NCBI GenBank assembly: GCA_031276725.1
Contig: JAISMM010000002.1
Coordinates: 1,852-65,851, forward strand
Direction: 5' to 3'
From: Clostridiales bacterium
GTDB lineage: Bacteria > Bacillota > Clostridia > Christensenellales > Pumilibacteraceae
DNA length: 64,000 bases
This document shows positions 48,184-57,437 of the stretch, in pieces; within the stretch, counting starts at the first letter, position 1, and every line of letters begins with the position of its first letter. The translations under genes were made by a program, and so were the position numbers. The notes below the pieces were generated by a model. The model saw only the letters and a program-made list of their open reading frames with translations. It had not been told where the DNA came from and made no database searches.

Positions 48184-49941
48184 TTACTTGAATTTGGGAC
48201 GCTTGACGTAACTTGTGTGCAACGCGCGGTGCGCCTTGTGGCTGCCGGGCTTGCCGAAGTAGTCGGCGTAAAGCGTTTTGACGATCGGGTTTTCGTGGCA
48301 GCGGCGCAGCTTGCCGGACTTGTCCTTTGCGTAAATAGCCTTTGCCCGCTCCGCTCTTAAATCGACGGTATTGCGCACCGACGCGGGGCGTACGGGCTGG
48401 CCGCCGCCGTTGACGCAGCCGCCGGGACAGCACATAATTTCCACAAATTGATAGTCGGCCTTGCCGCTCTTGATTTCGTCCATAACGGTTCGGGCGTTGG
48501 CGAGTCCGCTCGCCACGCAAACCTTTACGGGCGTTCCCCCTACGTCGACCGTCGCCGTCTTGACGCCTTGAACGCCGCGCACCGCCTTAAAATCGAGCTT
48601 GTCGAGGGTCTTGCCCGTAACGACCTCGCTCACCGTGCGCAGCGCCGCCTCCATAACGCCGCCCGTCGCGCCGAAAATGAGTCCCGCCGTACTGCCCTCG
48701 CCGATGGGATTATCGAACGCCGATTCGGGCAAATTGTTGAAGTCGAGTCCGTAGGTCTTTATCATTCTTGCCAATTCGCGCGTCGTTATCGCCACGTCCA
48801 CGTCGTCGTAGCCGCTCGCGGCCTGATTGTCGCGCCCGCGCTCGAACTTTTTGGCTATGCACGGCATAACGCAAACGACGGCGATTTTGGCGGGGTCGAT
48901 ATTCATTTTTTCGGCGTAGTACGTCTTCATAATCGCGCCGAACATTTGCTGGGGCGACTTGCAGGTGGACAGGTGCGGCAAAAGCTCCGGGTAATAGAAC
49001 TCGATGAACCTCACCCACCCCGGCGAACAGCTGGTTATCATAGGCAGTACGGCGGTCTTATCCGAAAGCCGGTGCAAAAACTCCGTGCCCTCCTCCATAA
49101 TCGTCATATCCGCCGCCATATTGACGTCGAACACCTTGTTGAAGCCCATAAGCCTTAGCGCCGTAACCATTTTGCCCTCTACGTCCGTGCCGACGGGGTT
49201 GCCGAATTCCTCGCCCAAGCCCACGCGCACCGACGGGGCGGTGCCGACTATAACGACCTTGTCGGGGTCGGCAAGAAACGCCGAAACCTTGTCGGTGTCG
49301 TCCTTTTCGCGCAAGGCTCCCACGGGGCAGACGTTTATGCACTGGCCGCAGGCGACGCAGGGAACCTCGTCGAGCGACTTATTGAAGGCGCACCCTATGT
49401 TGGTGAAAAAGCCGCGCTTGTTAGGCCCTATTACGCCCACGCTTTGAACGGAGTTGCACACGGCGACGCAACGGCGGCAGAGTATGCACTTGTTGTTGTC
49501 GCGCACAAGATAGGGGTTGTTGATTTCGGGCGCGAATTTTAGGGTTTCGCCCGCGTAGGCGTTTTCGTCGCAGCCATATTCGAGCGACAGCTTTTGAAGC
49601 TCGCAGTTGCCGCTCCGGACGCACGAAAGGCACTTTTTTTCGTGATTCGAGAGTATTAATTCGAGCGTCGTCTTTCGCGCCGCCATAACCTTGGGCGTGT
49701 TGGTGAAAACCTCCGCGCCCTCCGTAGCGACCGCCGAACAGCTCGCCACAAGACTGCGCGCGCCCTTGACCTCGACGACGCATATGCGGCAGGAGCCCTC
49801 GTTGCAGATGTCTTTAAGGTAGCAGAGAGTCGGCACGTTGAAGCCCGCCGCCCTCGCGGCGTCCAGCAGCCTTGTTCCCGGGGGAACCGACACGGCGACG
49901 CCGTTGATTTTTAAGTTAACGTTTTTTTCGTTCTTTTCCAT
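48184..49941 (-). CDS. hydA: [FeFe]-hydrogenase catalytic subunit, HydA/HndD type (2Fe-2S + 4Fe-4S N-terminal domains + H-cluster domain)
   Basis: 585 aa starting at ATG 49941 with AAGGAAGG SD. H-cluster motifs MPCIAKKFE and EIMCCPGGCVNGGGQP are present. The first motif reads TSCSPGW (see findings). Confidence 0.92.
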   Translation of the reverse strand: MEKNEKNVNLKINGVAVSVPPGTRLLDAARAAGFNVPTLCYLKDICNEGSCRICVVEVKGARSLVASCSAVATEGAEVFTNTPKVMAARKTTLELILSNHEKKCLSCVRSGNCELQKLSLEYGCDENAYAGETLKFAPEINNPYLVRDNNKCILCRRCVAVCNSVQSVGVIGPNKRGFFTNIGCAFNKSLDEVPCVACGQCINVCPVGALREKDDTDKVSAFLADPDKVVIVGTAPSVRVGLGEEFGNPVGTDVEGKMVTALRLMGFNKVFDVNMAADMTIMEEGTEFLHRLSDKTAVLPMITSCSPGWVRFIEFYYPELLPHLSTCKSPQQMFGAIMKTYYAEKMNIDPAKIAVVCVMPCIAKKFERGRDNQAASGYDDVDVAITTRELARMIKTYGLDFNNLPESAFDNPIGEGSTAGLIFGATGGVMEAALRTVSEVVTGKTLDKLDFKAVRGVQGVKTATVDVGGTPVKVCVASGLANARTVMDEIKSGKADYQFVEIMCCPGGCVNGGGQPVRPASVRNTVDLRAERAKAIYAKDKSGKLRRCHENPIVKTLYADYFGKPGSHKAHRALHTSYVKRPKFK

Positions 49942-49955
49942 TATTCTGTCCTTCC

Positions 49956-51743
49956 TTATTTCGATATGGCGTTTTTCTTGCACGCGGCGAAGCAGGCGTC
50001 GCACTTTATGCACTTGGACGGGTCGATTACGTGCGGCTTTTTGATTTCGCCGGAAATCGCCCCCACGGGACAGCCGCGCTTGCACAGCCCGCACCCGATG
50101 CACTTATCCTCTATAATCTTGTACGATATGAGCGCTTTGCATACGCCGGCGGGGCATTTGCGGTCGCGCACGTGGGCGACGTACTCGTCGCGGAAGTATT
50201 TGAGCGTGGAAAGAACGGGGTTGGGCGCGGTTTGCCCTAAGCCGCAAAGCGAATTTTCCTTTATATAGCGGCAAAGCTCCTCCATTTTGTCCAAGTCTTC
50301 GAGCGTCGCCTCGCCCTTCGTAACCTTGTCGAGCATTTCGTAAAGCCGCTTGTTCCCGATCCGGCACGGCGTACATTTGCCGCACGACTCGTCGACGGTG
50401 AACTCCAAAAAGAACTTGGCGATGTCGACCATACAGTTGTCCTCGTCCATAACGATAAGACCGCCGCTGCCCATCATAGAGCCGAGCGCGATAAGATTGT
50501 CGTAGTCGATTTTGGTGTCGATATACGCCGCCGGAATACAGCCGCCCGACGGCCCGCCCGTTTGCGCCGCCTTGAACCTTTTGCCGTTGGGGATTCCCTC
50601 GCCGATCTCCTCGATTATGGTGCGAAGCGTCGTACCCATAGGGATTTCGACAAGCCCCGTGTTCTTGATTTTGCCGCCGAGCGCGAACACCTTTGTGCCC
50701 TTACTCTTTTCGGTTCCCATAGCGGCGAACCACTCGGGGCCGTTCAGAATGATTTGCGTTATGTTGCCGTAGGTTTCGACGTTGTTTATGAGCGTGGGCT
50801 TTTCGAACAGACCCTTTACGGCGGGGAACGGCGGCCGCTGCTTAGGCTCGCCGCGCTTGCCCTCGGTGGAGCGCAAAAGAGCCGTTTCCTCGCCGCAGAC
50901 GAACGCGCCCGCCCCCAAGCGCAACTCTATGTCGAACGCGTGCCCTAAGCCCATGGCGTTATCGCCCAAAATGCCGTAGTCGCGGGCTTGGGCTATGGCG
51001 ATATTGAGCCGCTCGACGGCGATGGGATATTCCGCCCGGACGTATATGTAGCCCTTAGTCGCCCCGATGGCGTAGCCGGCTATCATCATGGCCTCGATTA
51101 CGCAATGGGGGTCGCCCTCTAAAAGCGAGCGGTCCATAAACGCGCCGGGGTCGCCCTCGTCGGCGTTGCAGACGACGTACTTTTGGTCGGCGACGCTGTC
51201 GCGGGCAAACTGCCATTTTAGCCCCGTCGAAAAGCCGCCGCCGCCGCGCCCCCGTAGACCGCTCGCCTTAACGCAGTCTATAACCTCTTGCTGCGTCATA
51301 GCCGTAACCGCCTTTTCGTACGCCTTGTAGCCGTCGTAGGCGAGGTATTCGTCGATGTCCTCGGGGTTGATTATGCCGCAGTTGCGTAAAACGACGCGTT
51401 TCTGTTTTTTGTAGAACGCGGTTTCGTTTATGGACTTGTTAGCGCCGTCGTCGTCCTTTTCGACGTTCGTCAGTCTTGCGACGACGCGCCCTTTAAGGAT
51501 ATGCTCCGACACGATTTCGGCGACGTTTTCGACCTTGACGTGCTGGTAAAAAGCGCCCTCGGGGTAGACTACCACGATAGGCCCCTTGGCGCAAAGCCCG
51601 AAACAGCCCGTCATAATGAGCTTGACCTCGTTTTGCAGGCCGTTTTCGGTCAAAAGGCGCGTGAATTCCTCGGCGATGAGCTTGCTGTTGCCGCTGGTGC
51701 AGCCGGTTCCGCCGCAAACCAATATGTGTGCGCGTTCGAGCAT
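49956..51743 (-). CDS. hydB: NuoF-like NAD(P)H-binding flavoprotein subunit (HydB/HndC)
   Basis: 595 aa. It has an N-terminal thioredoxin-like 2Fe-2S domain, GRGGGGFSTGLKW, ESCGKCTPCR, and a C-terminal 2x[4Fe-4S] ferredoxin domain. Confidence 0.92.
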   Translation of the reverse strand: MLERAHILVCGGTGCTSGNSKLIAEEFTRLLTENGLQNEVKLIMTGCFGLCAKGPIVVVYPEGAFYQHVKVENVAEIVSEHILKGRVVARLTNVEKDDDGANKSINETAFYKKQKRVVLRNCGIINPEDIDEYLAYDGYKAYEKAVTAMTQQEVIDCVKASGLRGRGGGGFSTGLKWQFARDSVADQKYVVCNADEGDPGAFMDRSLLEGDPHCVIEAMMIAGYAIGATKGYIYVRAEYPIAVERLNIAIAQARDYGILGDNAMGLGHAFDIELRLGAGAFVCGEETALLRSTEGKRGEPKQRPPFPAVKGLFEKPTLINNVETYGNITQIILNGPEWFAAMGTEKSKGTKVFALGGKIKNTGLVEIPMGTTLRTIIEEIGEGIPNGKRFKAAQTGGPSGGCIPAAYIDTKIDYDNLIALGSMMGSGGLIVMDEDNCMVDIAKFFLEFTVDESCGKCTPCRIGNKRLYEMLDKVTKGEATLEDLDKMEELCRYIKENSLCGLGQTAPNPVLSTLKYFRDEYVAHVRDRKCPAGVCKALISYKIIEDKCIGCGLCKRGCPVGAISGEIKKPHVIDPSKCIKCDACFAACKKNAISK

Positions 51744-52135
51744 TATGCGTTGCCTCCCCGGTTCGCGACCGCGTAGCTATACGTGTACTCCGTTACGGGG
51801 CTGCCGTTGACGATATGACGGGCTATGACCGCGCCGACCTTTTCGGGCGTCATATGCACGTAGGTAACCTTTTCGCGGTTCGGAACGTAGACCTCGACGA
51901 TAGGTTCGTAGGCGCAGATGCCTATACAGCCCGTTTGCGAGACCTTGACGTTGGTCAGCTTGCGGCTCTCGATCTCGTCGCCGATGGCGGCAAGTACGGG
52001 ACGCGCGCCCGCCGCGATGCCGCAGGTCGCCATTCCGACGACTATGCGCACGTCGCTCTCGTCCGCCGTTTCGCGGTTGGCGACGCGCGACTTCATTCTG
52101 TCGCGGATCTCTTGCAGTTCTTGTAATGTTTTCAT
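51743..52135 (-). CDS. Thioredoxin-like [2Fe-2S] ferredoxin (HndB-like)
   Basis: 130 aa. Contains VGMATCGIAAGA and CIGICAYEP. It lies between the HATPase gene and hydB with overlapping stop/start codons. Confidence 0.75.
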   Translation of the reverse strand: MKTLQELQEIRDRMKSRVANRETADESDVRIVVGMATCGIAAGARPVLAAIGDEIESRKLTNVKVSQTGCIGICAYEPIVEVYVPNREKVTYVHMTPEKVGAVIARHIVNGSPVTEYTYSYAVANRGGNA

Positions 52136-52686
52136 ATAATATATCCTCCGTTAATATTGTCGATATTTTCGTTTATCATATCTTTAAGATACGACAGAGT
52201 CGTTACGTCGGTCAAATCGGTTTCGCCTAAAACCGACTTTACCTCTTTTGTGTCGAACGCGTACGTTTTGCCGTCGAGCGAGTAGACGAACTTAAAGTCC
52301 GTTTTAGGCGCGCCGCCGATTAAGGTTGCGAGCGTCGAGCCTACGTCGCCTAGCGGCACGCGGTCGATATGCGAAAGCCCGAACGAGGCGGTTACCGCCG
52401 TACCCTTGCCGGGCGAGGACACTATGCTAAAATCGCCGCCCGTACTAATCGACGCCGCCTTAAAAAGCGGCACGCCCATTCCGACCTTTCGCGTCGTGCG
52501 CGTCGTGGCGAACGGATCGCCCATACGCCGTAAAAGCTCGGCGTCCATACCGCGTCCGTCGTCGGTTACGGATATTTCGATTAAGTCCTTAGCCCTGTCG
52601 GCCGCGACGCGTATAATTACGTTTTTTGCGCCCGCCCGCGTGGAATTGTTGGCTATATCGAGTATGTTAAGCGACAGTTCCGTCAT
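52132..52686 (-). CDS. Stand-alone histidine-kinase-like ATPase (HATPase_c only)
   Basis: 184 aa with N-box NILDIANNS and G-boxes DDGRGM / GMGVPL / SPGKGT. There is no HisKA or sensor domain. Confidence 0.7.
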   Translation of the reverse strand: MTELSLNILDIANNSTRAGAKNVIIRVAADRAKDLIEISVTDDGRGMDAELLRRMGDPFATTRTTRKVGMGVPLFKAASISTGGDFSIVSSPGKGTAVTASFGLSHIDRVPLGDVGSTLATLIGGAPKTDFKFVYSLDGKTYAFDTKEVKSVLGETDLTDVTTLSYLKDMINENIDNINGGYII

Positions 52687-53169
52687 TTAGTCCCCGTACT
52701 TCGCCAAAATTTTGGCGACCTCGTCGGGCGTTACCTTGCCGTAAACGTCGTCGTTGACGGTTATAACGGGCGCAAGTCCGCAGCAGCCGATGCAGCGCGT
52801 CGCGTTAAGCGAATACTTGCCGTCGGACGTTGTTTGACCGGGCTCGATGCCGATCGAATCGGTAATCTTTTTAAGAACGCCGCCCGAGCCCTTGACGTAA
52901 CAAGCCGTTCCCATACAGACGCCCACCGTGTACTTGCCCGAGGGGTCTAGCTTAAACTGCGAATAGAACGTGGCTATGCCGTAGATTTCTTCGAGCGGCA
53001 CGCCGAATTTTTCCGCGATTCTGTTCTGCACCTCGAACGGCAGATAACCGTAGATCTCCTGCGCCCTTTGAAGCGCCATCATAAGCGGCCCGCGCGCGTT
53101 TTGCAGCTCCGCGAGCGCCTCCTCTAACCTTTTCGCCTTTTCGGGCGTGTCGATAAACTCCTTTGCCAT
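52687..53169 (-). CDS. hydC: NuoE-like [2Fe-2S] subunit (HydC/HndA)
   Basis: 160 aa. Contains VGVCMGTACYVKG and ATRCIGCCGLAPV. Confidence 0.9.
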   Translation of the reverse strand: MAKEFIDTPEKAKRLEEALAELQNARGPLMMALQRAQEIYGYLPFEVQNRIAEKFGVPLEEIYGIATFYSQFKLDPSGKYTVGVCMGTACYVKGSGGVLKKITDSIGIEPGQTTSDGKYSLNATRCIGCCGLAPVITVNDDVYGKVTPDEVAKILAKYGD

Positions 53170-53201
53170 ATATATCTCCTTGTAAAAAAATTTGTCCTTA
53201 A

Positions 53202-53933
53202 TTATCGTGTCCGCCGGCGTTTTGTTCTTAAAGCCTCCAAAACGCCCTCCGCCGTAAGCGCGCCGACCTCTAAAACGTTGCGCCCGCGCTCGTTTATGTC
53301 CGCGAGCGTATGGGCGTCGGAGTTATAAAGTACGCGGTAACCCGATTCGGTAAGCTCCTTTATAAACGCGTCCGGGCCGTTGCGGCTTACCTCCGCCGAC
53401 GAAAACCCGAGCCGCTCCGGTATCGCTCCCAAAATCGCGGTTATGCCGTTCGCGGGCTTGTCCGCGTGGGCGGGGAACGCGACCGCTCCGAATTCCGCCG
53501 CTACGGCTCCCGCGTCCTCGACGCTTATATCCGTCGCCGGAATAAGCAGGCCCGGGTGTTCGCCGACGGCGTTGTCGAATTCGTCGATAATTAGCTGTTT
53601 TCCGAATATTTCGGGGCGGTTTGCGATTTTAAGCCGCCGGGGGGCTACGTAGTCCTCGAACGCGTCCGCCGCCGCAAGCGAGGGGAACAGCAGTATAACG
53701 TGGATTTCCTCCGCCGTCGTGAGCTCCGTTCCCGCTATCACGAGCGGGCCTTTAAGGCGCTTTGAGGCGGCGGCGCAGGCGCGGGCGTTGAGGGTGCAAT
53801 TGTGGTCGGTAACGGCTATGACGCCGAGACCCGACAAGCCCGCCATATTGACGATATTGCACGGGGTCATATCGCCGTCGGCGCAGGGGCTTAGCGCGGT
53901 GTGGATATGAAAGTCGTAGAATACCCGCGTCAT
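53202..53933 (-). CDS. PHP-domain metal-dependent phosphoesterase
   Basis: 243 aa. Contains DFHIHTALSPCADG and AVTDHN. Confidence 0.8.
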   Translation of the reverse strand: MTRVFYDFHIHTALSPCADGDMTPCNIVNMAGLSGLGVIAVTDHNCTLNARACAAASKRLKGPLVIAGTELTTAEEIHVILLFPSLAAADAFEDYVAPRRLKIANRPEIFGKQLIIDEFDNAVGEHPGLLIPATDISVEDAGAVAAEFGAVAFPAHADKPANGITAILGAIPERLGFSSAEVSRNGPDAFIKELTESGYRVLYNSDAHTLADINERGRNVLEVGALTAEGVLEALRTKRRRTR

Positions 53934-54238
53934 AGCAGTTTACACGCCCCGTAAACCGACAGCGGCGTCCGTATAAGCGCGATGCCGTTTTCGGCGCATT
54001 TTTGAACGAGCGGGGCGTCGGGCGTTACGTCCTCGCAAAGGACGACGGCGCCTATATCGGCGAGCGCCGCCACTCCCGCCACGTTGACGTTCGCCATTAC
54101 GGTCAGCCACGCGCAGCCGGGCGGCGCCTTACCCATAACGCGGCTCAAAAAGTCGCCCGCGTACGCCCCGGCGGTTTCGCGTCCGCCGTCGCAAATTATT
54201 TGCCCGCCCAGTTTTTTTGCAAGTTCATCCGTCGTCAT
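53930..54238 (-). CDS. DRTGG-domain protein
   Basis: 102 aa. Its size and pattern (VMANVNVAGVA...AVVLCEDV...IALIRTPL) are paralogous to 55924..56271. The ATG overlaps the stop of the upstream gene. Confidence 0.65.
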   Translation of the reverse strand: MTTDELAKKLGGQIICDGGRETAGAYAGDFLSRVMGKAPPGCAWLTVMANVNVAGVAALADIGAVVLCEDVTPDAPLVQKCAENGIALIRTPLSVYGACKLL

Positions 54239-55463
54239 AGAGTTCCTCCCCCTTGCGGTATTTGCATTTGACGTCGTGACCCTTCACTATGTCCTCGGCG
54301 AGCGCCATACAGCGCGGAGCGCCGCACGCCCCGCAATCCGTTTGCGGCAGTTTTTCGTATATCGCCTTCATTTTCATAGTCATCTTCATCGCCTTCAAGC
54401 GGTCGTCGTCGAGCCTGTAAACGTTGAGCGGCTCGTACGCCTCCGACCTCATAAACTCCGACGCCGTGCCGATTTCGACTTTGCGCGGCGCGTATCTTTT
54501 GCGCAAACGCCGTAAGCGCGTCCGCGCCAAAAACGGATTTTCGATATTCATAGAGCCGCCCACGCAGCCCGACGGACAAGCGTACAGCTCCAAAAAATCG
54601 AGTCCCGTCAGTTTGTCGTGTTCCAGCTCGTTAAGCACGCGGATAACGTTTTCGATTCCGTCGGCCGACAAATAATTTTCGGTACCGAGTCCCATCGCCT
54701 CGCCCGTGCTGCTGCCCCAGCTAATCCCGAGACTCCCCGCCTTAGAGAGCGGCTCGGGGTTTTCGAGCTTATTCATTTTGTCGAGCAGCAAAAAGTATAA
54801 TTCGCGGTTCGACAGCACCCTGTCGATATACTTCGCCGAGTTGCCGCGTTTTAGCTTAGACACCTTAGCCGCGCACTGCGTTATTACAAATATGCCGATT
54901 TCGGCGCGCGCGTAGCCCGTCCTTTTTTGCGCCTCGATAAGCGCGAGCTTGGCCGCGACGACCTCGGGCTGCTTCATCGGCGACAGGTGCGGAATAAGAT
55001 GCTCGTAGCGCATCAAAATAAGGTTGGTTACCGCCGAGCAGGCGGAGCTTATTACGGGGCGGACGGTGTTGGGGTTTTCGAGATATTTTTTTGTCGCCGC
55101 CGACACCAGCTCCGCGCCGTAGGCGACCTCGAACACGTCGTCGAACCCCAGCGCTTTAAGCCCGTTAAGCACGTAGGACGTGTCGGTAAGATTGTTGAAC
55201 TGACCGTAAAGCGACGGCGAGGGCAGGGCGACCTTGTACTTATAGCCGGCGATGGATTCGAGTTTGTCGTAGGATTCGCGCTTCGCCCCCGTGGGGCAAA
55301 CGTTGACGCACTCGCCGCACCCCACGCAGCGTTCGTACATAACCGCGGCTTTTCCGTCGCGCACGCGGATAGCCTCGGTAGGACACCTTTTCATACAGCT
55401 TACGCAGCCGTTGCATTTATCCGCCTCTAAAAAGACGGGCTTTATGTCCTTACGGTCGTTCAA
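54225..55463 (-). CDS. HydS-like putative sensory [FeFe]-hydrogenase homologue (2x[4Fe-4S] + H-cluster-like domain + C-terminal Cys motif, no PAS domain seen)
   Basis: 412 aa starting at in-frame TTG 55463, with AAGGAG (55474-55469) 5 nt upstream. The track ORF's N-terminus overlaps the upstream gene. Motifs are CNGCVSCMKRCP / CVGCGECVNVCP, SSACSAV, TQCAAK, YACPSGCVGG and CGACGAPRC. Confidence 0.8.
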   Translation of the reverse strand: MNDRKDIKPVFLEADKCNGCVSCMKRCPTEAIRVRDGKAAVMYERCVGCGECVNVCPTGAKRESYDKLESIAGYKYKVALPSPSLYGQFNNLTDTSYVLNGLKALGFDDVFEVAYGAELVSAATKKYLENPNTVRPVISSACSAVTNLILMRYEHLIPHLSPMKQPEVVAAKLALIEAQKRTGYARAEIGIFVITQCAAKVSKLKRGNSAKYIDRVLSNRELYFLLLDKMNKLENPEPLSKAGSLGISWGSSTGEAMGLGTENYLSADGIENVIRVLNELEHDKLTGLDFLELYACPSGCVGGSMNIENPFLARTRLRRLRKRYAPRKVEIGTASEFMRSEAYEPLNVYRLDDDRLKAMKMTMKMKAIYEKLPQTDCGACGAPRCMALAEDIVKGHDVKCKYRKGEELYDDG

Positions 55464-55498
55464 TATCGCTCCTTGTTTTTGCTTTGCCGAATCGCAAC

Positions 55499-55921
55499 CT
55501 AAATATAGAATGTCAAATATACGTTTGTGCCGACGCCAACGGTACTCTCGATTTTCATTTCGTCGGAATACTTTTTCATATTGGGAAGACCCATCCCCGC
55601 GCCGAACCCGAGCTCCCTTATGTCCTCGCCCGCCGTCGAAAAGCCCTCCGCCATCGCCTGCTCTATGTCCGCTATGCCCTTGCCGCTGTCCTTTAAGGCC
55701 ACCCTTACGGCGTCCTCGGTTATCTCGACCTCGGCGACGCCGCCGGCGGCGTGAATAACCATATTCACCTCGCCCTCGTACATGGCTATCGCCACGCGCC
55801 GTATAACCTCGGGCGGGAAGCCGATATTTTTGAGCGTGCGCTTGACGTCCTCGGACGCCTGCCCGCACGAAACGAAGTCGTGGCCGTCGACGTTATAGAA
55901 CAGCTTGATGCTCTCGCCCAT
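55499..55921 (-). CDS. RsbW/SpoIIAB-like anti-sigma-type serine kinase (HATPase_c_2)
   Basis: 140 aa. Contains EGEVNMVIHA, DSGKGI and GFGAGMGLPN. Confidence 0.7.
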   Translation of the reverse strand: MGESIKLFYNVDGHDFVSCGQASEDVKRTLKNIGFPPEVIRRVAIAMYEGEVNMVIHAAGGVAEVEITEDAVRVALKDSGKGIADIEQAMAEGFSTAGEDIRELGFGAGMGLPNMKKYSDEMKIESTVGVGTNVYLTFYI

Positions 55922-55923
55922 CG

Positions 55924-56271
55924 CTAGCTCCCCGCGCCTAAGCCCGCCTTATACAGCTTGCCGCACGCGGTGTAAAGACGCTCGGGGGTGGACATTAAAA
56001 TTATGCCCTTAGACGCCGCCAAATCCACGACGCCCCGATCGGGACGCTTGCCGCGCACGAACGCCACGCAAACTATGTCCATCATCTCGGCTGTGCGCAC
56101 GACCTGCGGATTCACAAGCCCCGTAAGCAAAAGACCCTGATCCTTCACATAAGCCAAAACGTCGCTCATCATATCGGAGCCGCACGCGCTTTTAATATCC
56201 GTCGCCTCCGCCCTGTCGGCCGAGCAAAGTATTTGCGCGTTCAAAACCTCTGCGATTTCGCTTACCTTCAT
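55924..56271 (-). CDS. DRTGG-domain protein
   Basis: 115 aa starting at ATG 56271 with GGAGG SD. Contains GSDMMSDVL...LLLTGLVNPQVVRTAEMMDIVCVAFVRGK. Confidence 0.7.
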   Translation of the reverse strand: MKVSEIAEVLNAQILCSADRAEATDIKSACGSDMMSDVLAYVKDQGLLLTGLVNPQVVRTAEMMDIVCVAFVRGKRPDRGVVDLAASKGIILMSTPERLYTACGKLYKAGLGAGS

Positions 56272-56312
56272 TAAATGTCCTCCGTACGTAGTGAAAATTT
56301 CCCTACCCCTAT

Positions 56313-56341
56313 ATAATAGCACAAAAAAATACTATTTTCAA
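56313..56341 (-). promoter_or_regulatory. Promoter of the hydrogenase sensory/structural operon
   Basis: The minus strand reads TTGAAA (56341-56336), 17 nt, then TATTAT (56318-56313), about 40 nt upstream of ATG 56271. Confidence 0.5.
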
Positions 56342-56427
56342 GTATTTGAATGAACCTTTATAAAGTTAGCCATATCTTACCTTTGATAATTTTTGAGTAA
56401 CGGGCGGCTAACCGTTAAACAGCGGCT

Positions 56428-57165
56428 TTAATCGGCCGCAAGAACCGAATAATAGTCGTAAACAAGCGCGCAATTCAGCCACCGCAAAAGCGACAAAACG
56501 GGAACGGCTCCGCGCCGCGAAAACGCCGCGTCGAACGAGCTTATATAGCGCGGATAAAGAAGCGCGAGGGCGGCGGCTTCGCCGTTTTGAAGTCCCGCGA
56601 CCTCCGAATTAAGCTTTTGGCATTTTTCGTAGAGGAGCGAGGCGTCGCGCAAAGCAAGCGCCTCGGTGCTTTCGCCCCTTTCGAGCGCGGCGGCGGCGGC
56701 GTCAAGGCGCGAAAACATTTCGTCGATAACGGAGTAGTACGCCTTAATTTTAGCGTTGGTTTGACCGTTCTTTGTGTCGGCGTGCTTGCGCCCGGGCGCG
56801 TAAAGCGGCAAAACGGACGCGGAATAGCCCGCCTCCAAAAGTCTTGCGGCGACGGTTTCGGCGTCGGCTTTTTTGGCGTAGACGGCCGCCGCGACCTTAA
56901 ATTCGCCGTCGTTTATTATGTAGCCCGCCCCGCCCAAACGCCCGTTTTGTTCGGCCGCCGTCCGCGCCGCGCCGCTCTCGCCGCCCCTAAAAACGCTTAC
57001 GTAATAGAACTCCCGCGCCGCCGTCTTAAAGTAGCCCGCGCGCGCGGCAAGTAAAAACACCGCCGCGCAAACGCTCAACGACACTACGGATACCGCGAAC
57101 ACTATGCGGTCGTAGTACAATATTCCGTAGCTTCGCCGCCGCGCGGCGTATCTATTTTCTTGCAT
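56428..57165 (-). CDS. Hypothetical membrane-anchored protein (possible SPOR-like fold)
   Basis: 245 aa with one N-terminal TM segment (IVFAVSVVSLSVCAAVFLLAA). The segment YYVSVFRGG...AETVAARLLEAGYSASVL is reminiscent of SPOR domains. The family is not established. Confidence 0.55.
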   Translation of the reverse strand: MQENRYAARRRSYGILYYDRIVFAVSVVSLSVCAAVFLLAARAGYFKTAAREFYYVSVFRGGESGAARTAAEQNGRLGGAGYIINDGEFKVAAAVYAKKADAETVAARLLEAGYSASVLPLYAPGRKHADTKNGQTNAKIKAYYSVIDEMFSRLDAAAAALERGESTEALALRDASLLYEKCQKLNSEVAGLQNGEAAALALLYPRYISSFDAAFSRRGAVPVLSLLRWLNCALVYDYYSVLAAD

Positions 57166-57188
57166 TTTTTTCTCCCGTAGGGTATAAT
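57160..57188 (+). promoter_or_regulatory. Promoter of the only plus-strand gene
   Basis: TTGCAT (57160-57165), 17 nt, then TATAAT (57183-57188). The -35 overlaps the start codon of the divergent gene. It predicts a ~240-nt leader. Confidence 0.5.
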
Positions 57189-57211
57189 GGATATTATGCC
57201 GCCCCGTTCAA

Positions 57212-57403
57212 GGTCGGTCAAACGGTCGTTCGGAGCGGCGAAGACGGGTTTCGGCCCTCGCCCGCGTATACGTGCCGTGCTCCGGCGGGCGCACGCCCAG
57301 CAAACGGTAAGCCGTTTGGCGGCCCGGTTCGCGCGCGTATATCCCGATACGTGAGCGGGGGCGGGTTCCGCACTCGCCGCTATCGACGGTCTTTTCGCCG
57401 GCC
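57212..57403. repeat. H-family long-hairpin repeat with a ~120-nt central insertion
   Basis: The arms ggtcggtcaaacggtcgttcggagcggcgaagacgggtt and gcgggttccgcactcgccgctatcgacggtcttttcgcc match 34245-34311. The insert contains a caaacggtaagccgtttg hairpin. Confidence 0.6.
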
Positions 57404-57437
57404 TATTAAATATATCTATGACAAGGAGTAAAAAGTT

